Position numbers and translations under genes: made by a program. The notes under the pieces were generated by a model, which worked only from the letters and a program-made list of their open reading frames with translations, made no database searches and had not been told where the DNA came from. From Schizochytrium sp. TIO01 (taxonomy: Eukaryota > Protista > Bigyra: Labyrinthulomycetes), in the NCBI GenBank assembly GCA_004764695.1, contig SMSO01000014.1, forward strand, positions 4,784,845 through 4,848,844: a DNA stretch of 64,000 nt, in the 5' to 3' direction. Positions 22,237 through 33,844 of the stretch are shown here, piece by piece. Every line of letters starts with the position of its first letter. The stretch's first letter is position 1.

Positions 22237-23508
22237 ATGCAAGCGCTCCGCACTCTCGGCGGCGCCGCCACCCGCGTGGTGGTGTCCAGCGCCCGCAAGT
22301 CTGCCCTCCCGCAGCTCTCTCTGCGCCTCTCTACCCGTGCCATGAGCACCGGCATCCCCGCCCACGGTGGTGACCTCGTGGACCTCATGGTGAAGGACGA
22401 GGCCGAGAAGCAGGCCCTCAAGAGCTCTGTTGACACTGTCATGGAGCTCTCTGACCGTAACGCCTGTGACGTCGAGCTCCTCGTGAACGGTGGATTCTCC
22501 CCTCTCACCTCCTTCATGAACTCCCGCGACTACAACTCCGTCGTGGAGAACCACCGCCTTGCCAACGGCGTCCTCTTCGGTCTTCCCGTCGTTCTCGACA
22601 CTGACCGTGAGGACCTCACTGTCGGCAAGAAGGTTCTTCTTCAGTACAAGGGTGAGGACCTCGCTGTCATGGACATCGAGGAGCGCTACACCCCCGATAA
22701 GGTCAAGGAGACCCACAACTGCTACAAGACCACCGAGCTCGCCCACCCCGGTACCATGATGGTTGCCCTTGAGCGTGGCAACACCTACCTCTCTGGTGCC
22801 CTCAAGGGTCTCCAGCTCCCCACCCGTGACATTCCCTGCATGACCCCCCGCCAGCTCCGCGAGATGCTCCCCAAGGACAAGAACGTCGTCGTCTTCCAGT
22901 GCCGTAACCCCCTTCACCGTGCCCACGTTGAGCTCTTCCTCAGATCCGCCTCCGTTGTCGATAACAACATCGTTCTCGTGCACCCCACCGTTGGCCCTAC
23001 CCAGCAGGATGATATCTCTGGTGCTGTCCGCTACAAGACCTACTTGACCCTCCAGGAGAACGAGCTCAAGGGCAACAACCAGATCGCCTTCGCCTACCTC
23101 CCGTACTCTATGCAGATGGCCGGACCCCGTGAAGCCCTCCAGCACATGATCATTCGCAAGAACTACTGCCAGCAGGATAACGGCCACGGTGTCTACTTCA
23201 TTGTCGGCCGCGACATGGCTGGCTCCAAGAGCTCCATCACCGGTGAGGACTACTACGGCGCCTACGACGCTCAGGAGTTCGCTGGCGAGGTCGCCAAGGA
23301 GCTTCACATGGGAACCGTCCCCTCCCTCAACCTCGTCTACTGTGGTGAGGAGCACGGATACCTTACCGCTGACCTTGCTGAGGAGCTTGCCCTCAAGCCC
23401 CTCAAGCTCTCCGGCACTGAGTTCCGCCGCCGCCTCCGTGGTGGTGAGGACATCCCTGAGTGGTTTGCCTACCCCAGTGTTGTCAAGGTTCTCCGTGAGA
23501 ACCTTTAA
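22237..23508 (+). CDS. sat: ATP sulfurylase (sulfate adenylyltransferase) with N-terminal mitochondrial-type presequence
   Basis: First ATG at 22237 (the track starts at a GTG). Motifs PAHGGDLVDL, GGFSPL, FQCRNPLHRAH, MAGPREALQHMIIRKNY, GRDMAG, LSGTEFRRRL and IPEWF. Strong C-ending codon bias suggests high expression. No APS kinase domain. Confidence 0.96.
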   Translation: MQALRTLGGAATRVVVSSARKSALPQLSLRLSTRAMSTGIPAHGGDLVDLMVKDEAEKQALKSSVDTVMELSDRNACDVELLVNGGFSPLTSFMNSRDYNSVVENHRLANGVLFGLPVVLDTDREDLTVGKKVLLQYKGEDLAVMDIEERYTPDKVKETHNCYKTTELAHPGTMMVALERGNTYLSGALKGLQLPTRDIPCMTPRQLREMLPKDKNVVVFQCRNPLHRAHVELFLRSASVVDNNIVLVHPTVGPTQQDDISGAVRYKTYLTLQENELKGNNQIAFAYLPYSMQMAGPREALQHMIIRKNYCQQDNGHGVYFIVGRDMAGSKSSITGEDYYGAYDAQEFAGEVAKELHMGTVPSLNLVYCGEEHGYLTADLAEELALKPLKLSGTEFRRRLRGGEDIPEWFAYPSVVKVLRENL

Positions 23509-24538
23509 GTGCGAGACTGAGAATTACTCAATCACAACCTACCAATCTACCAACCAATCATCATCAATGTTTTCTTACATTGCATAATTGCCACAACCTA
23601 CCTACCAACACTTACTTCACTAGCCCAAAAAACTTCATCCATAAATGAGATAGATCTCTAGTGTGTTAAATTTTACAATCATTACGTTCCTTGCTCATAA
23701 TCGAGGTGCTCTAATCTTTCTCAGAGTTCTCCATGCAATTCTGGTGTCCCGCTCTTCATCACACATGAGGTCTCAAAATATCTTTTCGCGTCACATGGTC
23801 TTAACCATACGCTAGTCTCAAAATCTGGTTTATCCTAATCGAGCAAAGCTCTGATGAAATTGATTTTGGTATCATGAGATCATTTCTTGTTCATGTGTTG
23901 TTGCTATTGATATAAACCTATCCTTGATTGCTACAACTGACACACGCAGCACAACAAAGTTGATACTAGGCCACTAGTGTATGAATGTATGTATGCATAC
24001 GTCTTAATGCCCTTTGCTTCTTGTTTGGTCTTTCATCGGTATTTTTCACACAGAATTGCATAACCCTATCATTGCCAACCCACAAAAAATTGGGGCAACC
24101 TTGGTTTTTAAAATGTGGAGTTGGGTATTATCTACCCATATCTCAACAACAAAATTATAAACACGAAAAATCAGGAAAATAGAAAACATAAAACTAAGAA
24201 TAACAGCAATCTAAACTAATGTTCAAAAGGGGAGACTCAGTAACTAAACCTTGTTCAGCAAGCGGCAAGTTGGAATTTCAACCCTTCAAAAAAAATGATA
24301 AACAACCAGCATCATTTTACAGCAGCATGAGATGACAAAAGTGACCAATGGCCACTACTGTTGCTAGGTGCGAGGGGAAAGATTGAGCAGCTGCTAGTTA
24401 TGTTGCAACCCGAGCAACATATGGAATTCTTCCCTCCTTCTAATGATGAAGGTGCTTTGGCAATTGCAAGACATGCTCCCAGGTAGGCTGATGGACAGAC
24501 AGCAAGCAGGCGATAACGAAGTAGCGATTCCTTTGTAT

Positions 24539-25684
24539 TCATGAACTGGAATGAGTGCGACCATCATCAACAGAAAAGTTGTCTGTAGTATAGAGGGCAT
24601 TGTGTGTTGAATCTGACACTTTATTTGCGTTCTGGTGTACCACAACAGCGCCTGTAGAAGCTGCTGATGAAGTCCGAGCTATACTTTCATTTTCTCGATC
24701 TGAAATTGAGGTACGGGCCACGCGAAGGCCAACAATTGGCATTACCAGCCAGCTAATTGGTAAATAGTAATCATGCTTGGTCCAAAAGAATGGCCAAATA
24801 ATCTGGATCAAAAATGTCAAAGCTAAAAGTGCCCCTTGTCGAATTGCAGAATTTTGCATAGATACCAACTTGGCTTTCATAACCTTTGTTTTAGGCAGTG
24901 CTGCAATTTGTTGCGACCGATCTAACGTGTGAATTACTCGAGCTTTGATGAATAGCGCTTGACCAGAGATCCATGTAGAAACGTAGAGCATTAGAAACAA
25001 ATATCCAATGTAAATATTCTGTTGTTTGAATGGTTTCATAATGGCCGCAATTGCTAGCAATCCAGAGACAAACTGCCCGAGAAACATGAAACCTGTCATG
25101 TAATCGTTCAGACTTACGTACTTGGATCCTCGAGCAAACTCATGCAAGACCGCGCGGAGCAGGGTTGGTTGCATGAGCACTACACAAATGTAAAAGAGAA
25201 CCTTGACAATGATAAAGAGCATCGTCAAAAGCCATGTGACGCCAACACGCTCGTCATTCATTGACCATTTGATGATGCAATAAAGGAAAAGAAACGGGCC
25301 GCCAACCGCATACCAAATAGCCATTGCGAGCACGCCATTGTTTTGGAAAATTGTGTAATGTTCTCCCCGTCGAATATGAGATTCACGGATCTGCAGAAAG
25401 GCAACGTAACGTGACTTCAAATATGGGATAGCAAAATAGTAGCCAATGATTTGAGCTAGGGCAAGAACTCCATACAACGCTTTCACTGTTGGCATATGAA
25501 TCTGACAATCAAAGCCCTCAGCATTCATCCAATCACTTCGACCTGTCCATCCTGCATCACAAAGACAAGTGCCGTTTACGCAGGTGCCGTGGCCAGAACA
25601 TGGGCCGAGAGGGTTTGGCCCGAAAGACCAGGCGAGGTCTGGAAAGATCAGTTCGCAGTTCAATTGCTCCGCTGTCAGAGACAT
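24539..25684 (-). CDS. Seven-transmembrane (GPCR-like) protein with an N-terminal EGF-like domain
   Basis: CSGHGTCVNGTCLCDAGWTG...DC EGF motif, then seven hydrophobic segments by eye, a basic loop between TM5 and TM6, and a Ser/Thr-rich C-tail. First ATG at 25684. Confidence 0.8.
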   Translation of the reverse strand: MSLTAEQLNCELIFPDLAWSFGPNPLGPCSGHGTCVNGTCLCDAGWTGRSDWMNAEGFDCQIHMPTVKALYGVLALAQIIGYYFAIPYLKSRYVAFLQIRESHIRRGEHYTIFQNNGVLAMAIWYAVGGPFLFLYCIIKWSMNDERVGVTWLLTMLFIIVKVLFYICVVLMQPTLLRAVLHEFARGSKYVSLNDYMTGFMFLGQFVSGLLAIAAIMKPFKQQNIYIGYLFLMLYVSTWISGQALFIKARVIHTLDRSQQIAALPKTKVMKAKLVSMQNSAIRQGALLALTFLIQIIWPFFWTKHDYYLPISWLVMPIVGLRVARTSISDRENESIARTSSAASTGAVVVHQNANKVSDSTHNALYTTDNFSVDDGRTHSSS

Positions 25685-28600
25685 GATGACAAGGGCTTTA
25701 TTTGTGGAGACACGAACAACTTTAAGTTCTAGTGGCTTCACTCGTTGCAGATCGTGGTATCGCTGTCAAAACCCAATACCACGGCAAGCCTGCAGGGTGT
25801 TGACCAAAACTCCAACGCTTTGCGCTATTTTGTCCACAAATCAAGATTGAGCGAATATCAACCTAAGCAGTTTTGTCTTTTCCGACAAAGGCAGCGTTGA
25901 GCTTCCCGGCCTCTCCGTCGGTCCCCGTTAGACCCTTCTTCTAAAGAACCTCTGCCCCTCCTGCTTCACTTGTCTTGTATATCAAGCAAATAATAGAGAA
26001 GTCCGTATTGAAGCATGCAATCAAACTTGCTTGCTTGCACCAAGGCGAGCGAGCGAGTGAGCAATCGAACAAGCAACCAGAAGCTTCAATGTTTGCCGTA
26101 GTTCTCACCCAAAGCTTTTCGCCATCCTCTTAGCGTAACGGGGCTTAAGACTAGTGCTAGGGGGCACACAAATGTTATCAAGGTAGTTCTACCAATGGTG
26201 TCACTTAGTCCCTGATGATCTGCACGCGCCGAGCTGCGATCCTGCACGTGCAGAGCACTACTTTCTGGCTAGAAGATAATTCAATATCTCGCTGTGTGAA
26301 AGCACTCATGGAATTCGAGAGAAGTCGATAAGCTGGGGGAGGCTGAATTGTTGACCAGCGGATGACTTACGATCCAATAACGTGGATGAGTGACTCGAGG
26401 CCACATGACTGGAGCGAAAGAGGTGGCTTGAGGGTTTTATGGCTGGATATTTACGGACCGCAGGTCGGGTACTTTGAAGGTGAAAGCTTGTTAGTTTTCT
26501 TTTGGGTTGCTCGACCTCGTTGGAACAGTAGAGCCCTATTAGTGAATTGAGTAGCAGTGGCGTTGGCAAGCGGGGCCGACGCAGCTCAATTGTATATGGT
26601 GTGCAGTCATCATCATGACCATCGCCAAGATTGCTCTTGAAGTGAGATGGAATGATTCTGCATATTTACTACAATGCTTGTTTTGCAGCCACAGGTAGCT
26701 GGGATATCAAAGCTCGTCTAGCCATACAACGCGCTTCACTTCACATTATAATAAATGTCGCGGAGCTATACTATGAATCACGGTAAAGGAAGCAGGAAAA
26801 ATGCAAGAGGGGAACACGTCCGTAGACCTCACACCAAAGCTGCCTGTAGGAATTTTAGATACCTTCTCGATAAAGTGGGTCCGGACACGGTGCGAGACAA
26901 AACAAGATTTCGATGACCAGACAAGGTTCAGTTATTTGAAGTAGCTTGAAGGAACGTAAAAACAGTGCCTGACTACTCAAAGTCATGTATTGTTATGACT
27001 TCTCCTCACCGTATTCGACTAATCGCTGATTGACCAAACTCCTTAGAGCACTGAGTTTCGCCACTTTCATCGTGGCTTTGATGGGTCCAAAGCGCACACC
27101 TGTGTGCAAAGAATCACCACACGAGACAAGGTTCTTTGGCTGGAACTATGACCAAAGGTTGCCTCCACGGTCGGTAACCGCGAAGTAGAACGCCAGGGCC
27201 AGCTTTAACGGGGGTAGTAGATCCAGCTTGCATGTCTCAGAACATTGCGTTAGATGGAGTACAGGGTAGTAGTAGAAAGGTATGAAGATGTTCTGCAGAA
27301 TTGTGGTAATCATTTCGTTGGGTTTCATGACTACTTAGATTGTTCATCTGAAGTACACCTCTCTCCATGACAAAGACTGTATGCGCACGGAAGGATATGT
27401 ACTTCAAAGTTTCACATGGGTAGCATTCTCCGCAAGAATTTGCGTCTATTTCTTCTTCTCAATAAGAATACAATACTAAAGGGCAAGCAAATACTTTGAG
27501 ATGTATTAATTGTGCAAATACTGTTTACCAAGCAACAATGGTATATCCCCTTATTATGGTTTTTCAAAAACTGGCTGCATCTTGTTTAAGGAAGAAATTT
27601 TGCTTCCAGAGAGGTTGCAATTGCACACATGAAAATCACGGCAGCGTTAGACCACGTACTTTTGCGGCAAGTATTCTAGTTTGCAAACTGGTAAAAGTCT
27701 TGGTACGATTTGCTATTGCGTATATTGCTATTCTACACCGTAACCACTAAACGATTTAGATCATTTGCAAATGGCGGTTTACCCAGTAGTAGGTGCAAAT
27801 AACCCTTTGCTACCAGAGGTTAGGGCTATTATATAAATTTAAGCTGTATGTATGCAGGTCTCTCGCCTACACCTTAATCATGACAACTTAATTGAATGTG
27901 CTGTAGCTTGCATATTGTCACTCAGCATGCGTTCAATAGTAAACAAGTTTAGTAAACACTATTGATTTTGATGACGTAGATGGTTTAACGAGCTTATACA
28001 GATCTGGATCAGAATAACCAGACAAAAGGCAGATGTTTAGAAGCACTCACAATCAGAATGCTATCAGAAAGAAGTAAAATACCACATACTGCGAACTTGG
28101 TATGGCTTATCGATCCTGCATATCATGTGGCCAAAGAGGCTTGCCCAATTTTGAAAGCTTGATTTCCTAAAAAATCCTCACCTCCGCTTCGTGCTGGCCT
28201 GAACAATCTAGCCCATGTACATCTTCAAATTATTACTTGTCTGACATAAGTAACACATATAGGAACGTATTAATGATAGAGTCGAGTTTACAATATGCAC
28301 AAGGATCCCATTTCTATCATGATGAAATCGACATTGTGTGGTGTATTGTTCAGACAAAAGGTGCACCCAAAGGCACCACAAACTTGCATGGCAATATTCT
28401 TTTGGTACGAAGATTTACTATTTTACAAATACCCATGTTTATGGATAAAGTAAAAGTAATTCATAGCGGGAAATTGTAATCAAAGAATCAATTCAACATA
28501 ATCGCTTGATACAATTTGAGCATAAAAAATGCACCCCTAAAAAAAGAAGAAATGCACGGCAAGAATTTGAGTTTAACTCTTTGTGTTTTCTTCCGACAGT

Positions 28601-31600
28601 CTATAATATAGTAGACAATCTAAAAGCCATATATTTAGGTTCTTCATCATGAGAAAGCATATTTTGGGATTCTTCATGGTATGCTATCGCAAGAACTTTT
28701 CTGAACAAGCTCAGGCAAATAGTTGATACTTCCATGCAGGATTATGTTATCAAAATGTGCTACCATTTTAATTTATTTAATTAAATAAGTGTTTTATACA
28801 ATAAAAAGCAGTCCTTCAAAATGTTTAATTTCTCGTACCATGGTATAGTTGCATCGTCGTGCATTTCTTATGATATGCACGTAGCTGTGTCCCTTTACGT
28901 TTCACTCTTACATTAAATCTCGTTGTTTTCTCTCTTCATTTCTATGATTGACTTGAGTCAACATGCAATGAAAAATTTCTGTTTAGATATAGAAACCTAA
29001 AGGCCGGCTCCTCCGAGTTCTCCCAACCTTTTAGAACCATGCTAAGATACCAGGATGCCAAGATACAGCTTGTCAATTGGATTAAACAAGCTCTTAGAGA
29101 AGTTTAAAATTGCTCGTATCATAGTTGCACTAAAGTACCCTTAAGACTTTGATCAGCACCCAATGTGGGAGGTTTTATCAGACCGTTTGTATTCAAGACA
29201 ATCGTCAAGCGCACAGAATAATCTCCTCATCGTACTCCCAGCGTAAGCAAGCCATCATTCAATAACCTTCGCAGAATACCCTGAATGAGCACAACAAGGT
29301 TTGCTGACTTTAACGCAACCATCCAGCGCTTAGATACAGGCACACATATACCCAACTCACTAATGGCAAACACTTTAGAGAGTACATATTCCATAGTTGA
29401 GTATGCTATTAAGGTAAGCCATTTGTTCTAATAGACTATCTTTATGATCTTTACTTTATTTCCAAGCTCTCAAAGTCTTCTTTTTTCTTTTAAAACTTCT
29501 TTAACTTGATGAGTAAAAATCGTCTGTAAAGTTAAATCATGCATGCTTTAATAGCTTTACTGACTCACGAGACTGCTACACAGAGTGCTCTTGCCTGTGT
29601 GCAGGAAGAGTCATTGTAGTGCGGACTTCATGAAAAACCTCGTTATATAATACGGCGTCCCCGATATCCTGTGGAGTCATAAGAACCTATGCGTGTAGTT
29701 GTAAAAGCTTAATTAATTTTTTTTCGATTTAAAAGTTTCCCATATTCTTTAATTTGAAAAATATTCTTTCTTTTCTTGGTAAGGTGCTAGTACTACACAT
29801 GTTACGAATTTAGTAAGATCATTATACATACCTATATTTATAAATAAATTAAAACTAAAGTCCTGATAGCAGAGGAGTTCGGCCACTACGATGCACATGA
29901 AACGAAGTAGGCAAATGCGTATAGCCTCACGATACAAGTCTGGTCGCCGATCTTTGTTCAAAATACATCTCTTAAGCCTTTTCACCTTATCCACTGCAAA
30001 TGTGATGCAATTCTTTACGGGTTAGGCCACATGTTCAGTCGTTTACATTTCAATACTTCATTTTGCCCAAGGGCGACAGTTTTAGTATTTAATGGCGAAA
30101 GAGTGGGGCACCATACAGTGCTTTGATGTGGGATATAAAATGCGGGCGAAAGCACCACTGGCGCAGTTACTTGCGATTCACATTTCACATTAAACAAGTT
30201 ACTATATACCTAGTGGGCACCCCGTCACTGCTGCGTCGACTCTCACCAGTCAAAGGCAATTTGCTTGAGGCCGAAATCAATAAAGCCATACAATGTAGCG
30301 CGTATTTGCTGCCACTACCTTCAAACTCTAACAAGGGTATAAACACACACCCTGCGACGAAAAAAACGAGTGTCCATTAGTTTACACTTTATAAAGGGAA
30401 GTGTGTGGGCTTTGCTAAGTAAGTCGAACAAGCGAAGTGATCACGCACAGATTTAGGGGGTAAGGAATCCAAACTACACTAGAGCAAGTAAACAATACGA
30501 CCAACGCATATGCTTCTGGCAACGCCGTCAAATATGCCAACAATCCAGGCCCCAAGCGACGGGGTTTCAGAGCGCAGTTTTCATTTTTAATCATTAATAT
30601 AATATAGACAGGTTTTACTGAGAACCATGAAACTGTCCCCATTCTATGTTACTTTAATTTAAAAAACAAAAGAAAAAAGAGTCTCAAGTAGCAAGCGGAG
30701 ACAAACTTAATGAAGCAGACCACTTGGGGGGATTTTCCAAGTTTGTTAGATGTGTCTGAGGAAATATCAAAGTTGTAGAATTTGAGACTCTGAGTTTTGA
30801 AAATGAACAGGGGGCTGGAGAGCAGGTAGTACCTAGCTACCATCCCACTATTCATTTCCCAAGCATCCCGGAGAAACATTTCATTCGCAGAAAATCTCAA
30901 AGTTGTTAGTATTATCTCTAAAGCTTGGGAGGTGTCACTTAAGTATACACTTATTGATATTAATTGAAAGAAATGGAAAAATGTGCCCCATCTCTAAATC
31001 CACAAATAGAGTTGTGTATCTTGATGTTTATATGTCAATAACTCGGCTGAGATCGAGTGCAATCTTTTCTCATTTCCGCCAAAATATCCAATCCTGAGCA
31101 AATATCGGCATCCTCTTGTATCTGAATTATAAAACAAAACAAAAAACAGTTCGAACTTTATTTTCTTTATTTCAAATCATTCTCTTTTCTTATTCTTCTT
31201 ATTTCAATTTTTAATTTTTTAATTCAAGGGTATGTTATTTTGAGACGTGCTTAAAGTCAACATACGCTTGGGAACGTAACCTATACTTAAAATGTCGGCC
31301 TGTTATATATAAGGAACTGAGCTGAAAATAAGCTAGAATTTCAGCGGGAAGTAACAAAAAGAACGGGGCTCCATTCTTAAAATTTATTTTCCAAAACTAA
31401 AAGAGAAAATACCTCTTCAATAAATTAAGTTTAACCTAAATGAGCTATAGGAGATCTGCTTACGTGACGACATCTTATGGTTTGATGGCCATAGGCTTGG
31501 GAGAATTTGATGTCATTGACCTCTAATTAACTCAAACACGGGCACTAGGCCTACAGAAGTCGCTTACATCATCTCCTTCTTAACTTTTAAATATCCCCTT

Positions 31601-33844
31601 TTTTGTTACTCTAGACAAAGGAAAAACAAAAAAATAAAAAACTATCGAGGAGCATTTTCTACTTGGTTAATTTGACAATGACAAGCACTGTCAAAACAAA
31701 GGCCCTTTTTAGCATCTATTTAAATTTCTCTGCAGCTTTGGAGTAAACGATTTAGTCGATGCTTCGATCCTCTTTCTTATACAACTTCATTCGCAAATTT
31801 GCTTTAACTATGAAAGGCACCAAAACTCGCACAGAGCAAAACATGTCACTATGAGCTGCGAAGAAGCAACACCCAGAATCAGTCTTCAGATAGAGTTCCA
31901 AGCTCCCTGCCGCCTTCGTATCATTTTGGATTCTCATGTCCTTAGACTGGTTTTCTCCTTTTCTTTTGTATTTCTTATTCTTCCATTATCAATGGTATGT
32001 TGTAAAACTGTATTCGCTACTCTACTGACCAACAGAAAAGGGTGTAATGAAGGCTGTGGGTGCATAAGCATAGCACTCGATTTTCCATCATCATCGTCAT
32101 CATCATCCCATGTCCTGAAGGGATGTCAGGATTGATTTTAAAATTGGTTTCTAACTACTACTACATGGCGCTTATAATCTCCATGCCTAACTACTTAAGT
32201 ACTTTGCACATTCAGCATGCTGCCTACGTACTAGGTGAACAATCTATGAAATATTATATCTAGTTCTGCAGTAAAGTGAGCGAGGACCCCAACTTCTACC
32301 AAGCTCGTTTCGGAAGAAGAGAATAATCAAATCAAATAGATATTGAAATAAACATCCAAAATGAACTTTTTAAATCTAAAAAAAGGCACGCGACCAATTT
32401 AGATAAATAATAAATGAATGTTTTCTGTAATAATTGATTACTTTGGTTAATAAGCTGGTTGCAAAACTAAGCACACAAAGGCCTCCTGACAAGCTTTTCC
32501 AATCGACGATGTGGTGATGCTGTGACTAATGAATTAGATTCGTGGCATTTTGCTGCATATGCCGCGGGCTTCTTGCAAGGCCAAATAGTTAAGTTGGCAG
32601 TAGTATATACGAAAAGGAGCACAAAACCACTCCCTCCGTATACTAACATGCTTACCCCAAGTGCAAAATGCCTATGCGATCTAATCGTCTATAAACAAGG
32701 TGTCTGGGCTTGAGAAATAGTTAAAGAAGATAAAACTCCAGGCTTCCAAGTTGTAAGCTGGAATGGCAGACTAAGCTGGTGTAAGCATTTGGTCAGTCCA
32801 CCCATTTTAGATCCTACATTTTGTTGCAGCGATGGTTCTTCTACAACGCGCTGCGGTATTACCGCTGTCATAAAACAGCAGAGTATCAAGTGATTGTTTT
32901 GACTTGACTTTTGTTTTTGTTTTGTTTTTAAAGTTAATTTTTTAAAACTTAGTACCTGACTACAGCAGGGATATGTATAGCTTCTATCAGCCTGACCACT
33001 TAGCTAAATAAGTGGCTGCCTCAAGTTGGCCATTAAGTTCACTCGCTCACCCATTCATTGCTGTTCATTCCTTTCCAGCCATCCTACCCGTATGGCCGAA
33101 ATACAGTAAACCTGTAGGGGTAGGTACCTGCCTAGGGTTTAGCATTGGGGTGCGAAAACGCCCAAAAAGATTTCAAGTCATCGTAAATATCTTCTTTGTC
33201 TTTCAGAGTCTTTCATCTTTGATTTGCATGGACAACCGACCAGGATCCTAAGGCTTAAATAAAAATAAACAAAAGTAGAAAATGTATTTTAAGATTTTAA
33301 AAATATGTAAAAATGTTCCTTTACATTTAGTTGGTGGGAGTACCTGGGTAGTAGAGTAGGTACCTACCTAAATGCATATTTGGGCGATGCATTTTCAGCA
33401 CAAGAAAATATCATTGGACTAGACGCCGAGAACAAACGATTGAGAGATCATACACTACTATTCAAATTTTCACATCGACTGTCCTGCTTTGAGTGATCTA
33501 TCTACTAGTAGTAGATATACTAATTCCTATTGCGTGCCACGAGACGAAAGGGAAGCAATGTATACTTTCTTCTGTAAAGTGTAAAGAAAAACTTCATTAA
33601 AAGAGAGGAAAGCTTTCAGTGTGAATGGACAGAATCCGAGGCTCCTACGGCTCGCTAAATACGCACTACAGGTTTGAATGTTTGTCTCACAGCTAGCAAT
33701 TTGCACTGAGACAAATTCATAACTATATGTCGGCCTTGCGGCCTCACGAAATCATCACCCTGAAGGTTGCTGCTCTACGTGGTCGGTCTTCTTGCTGATA
33801 GCAGCGAAGTGAGAGAAGGTCACTACATCTTACCCTTGTGCAGA

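Noticed and set aside
22111-23355. 414-aa antisense ORF over ATP sulfurylase (likewise 41767-42666 over ARP2 and 43834-44637 over the pyrophosphatase)
   Set aside because: Shadow ORFs caused by strong codon bias on the coding strand; no motifs of their own.
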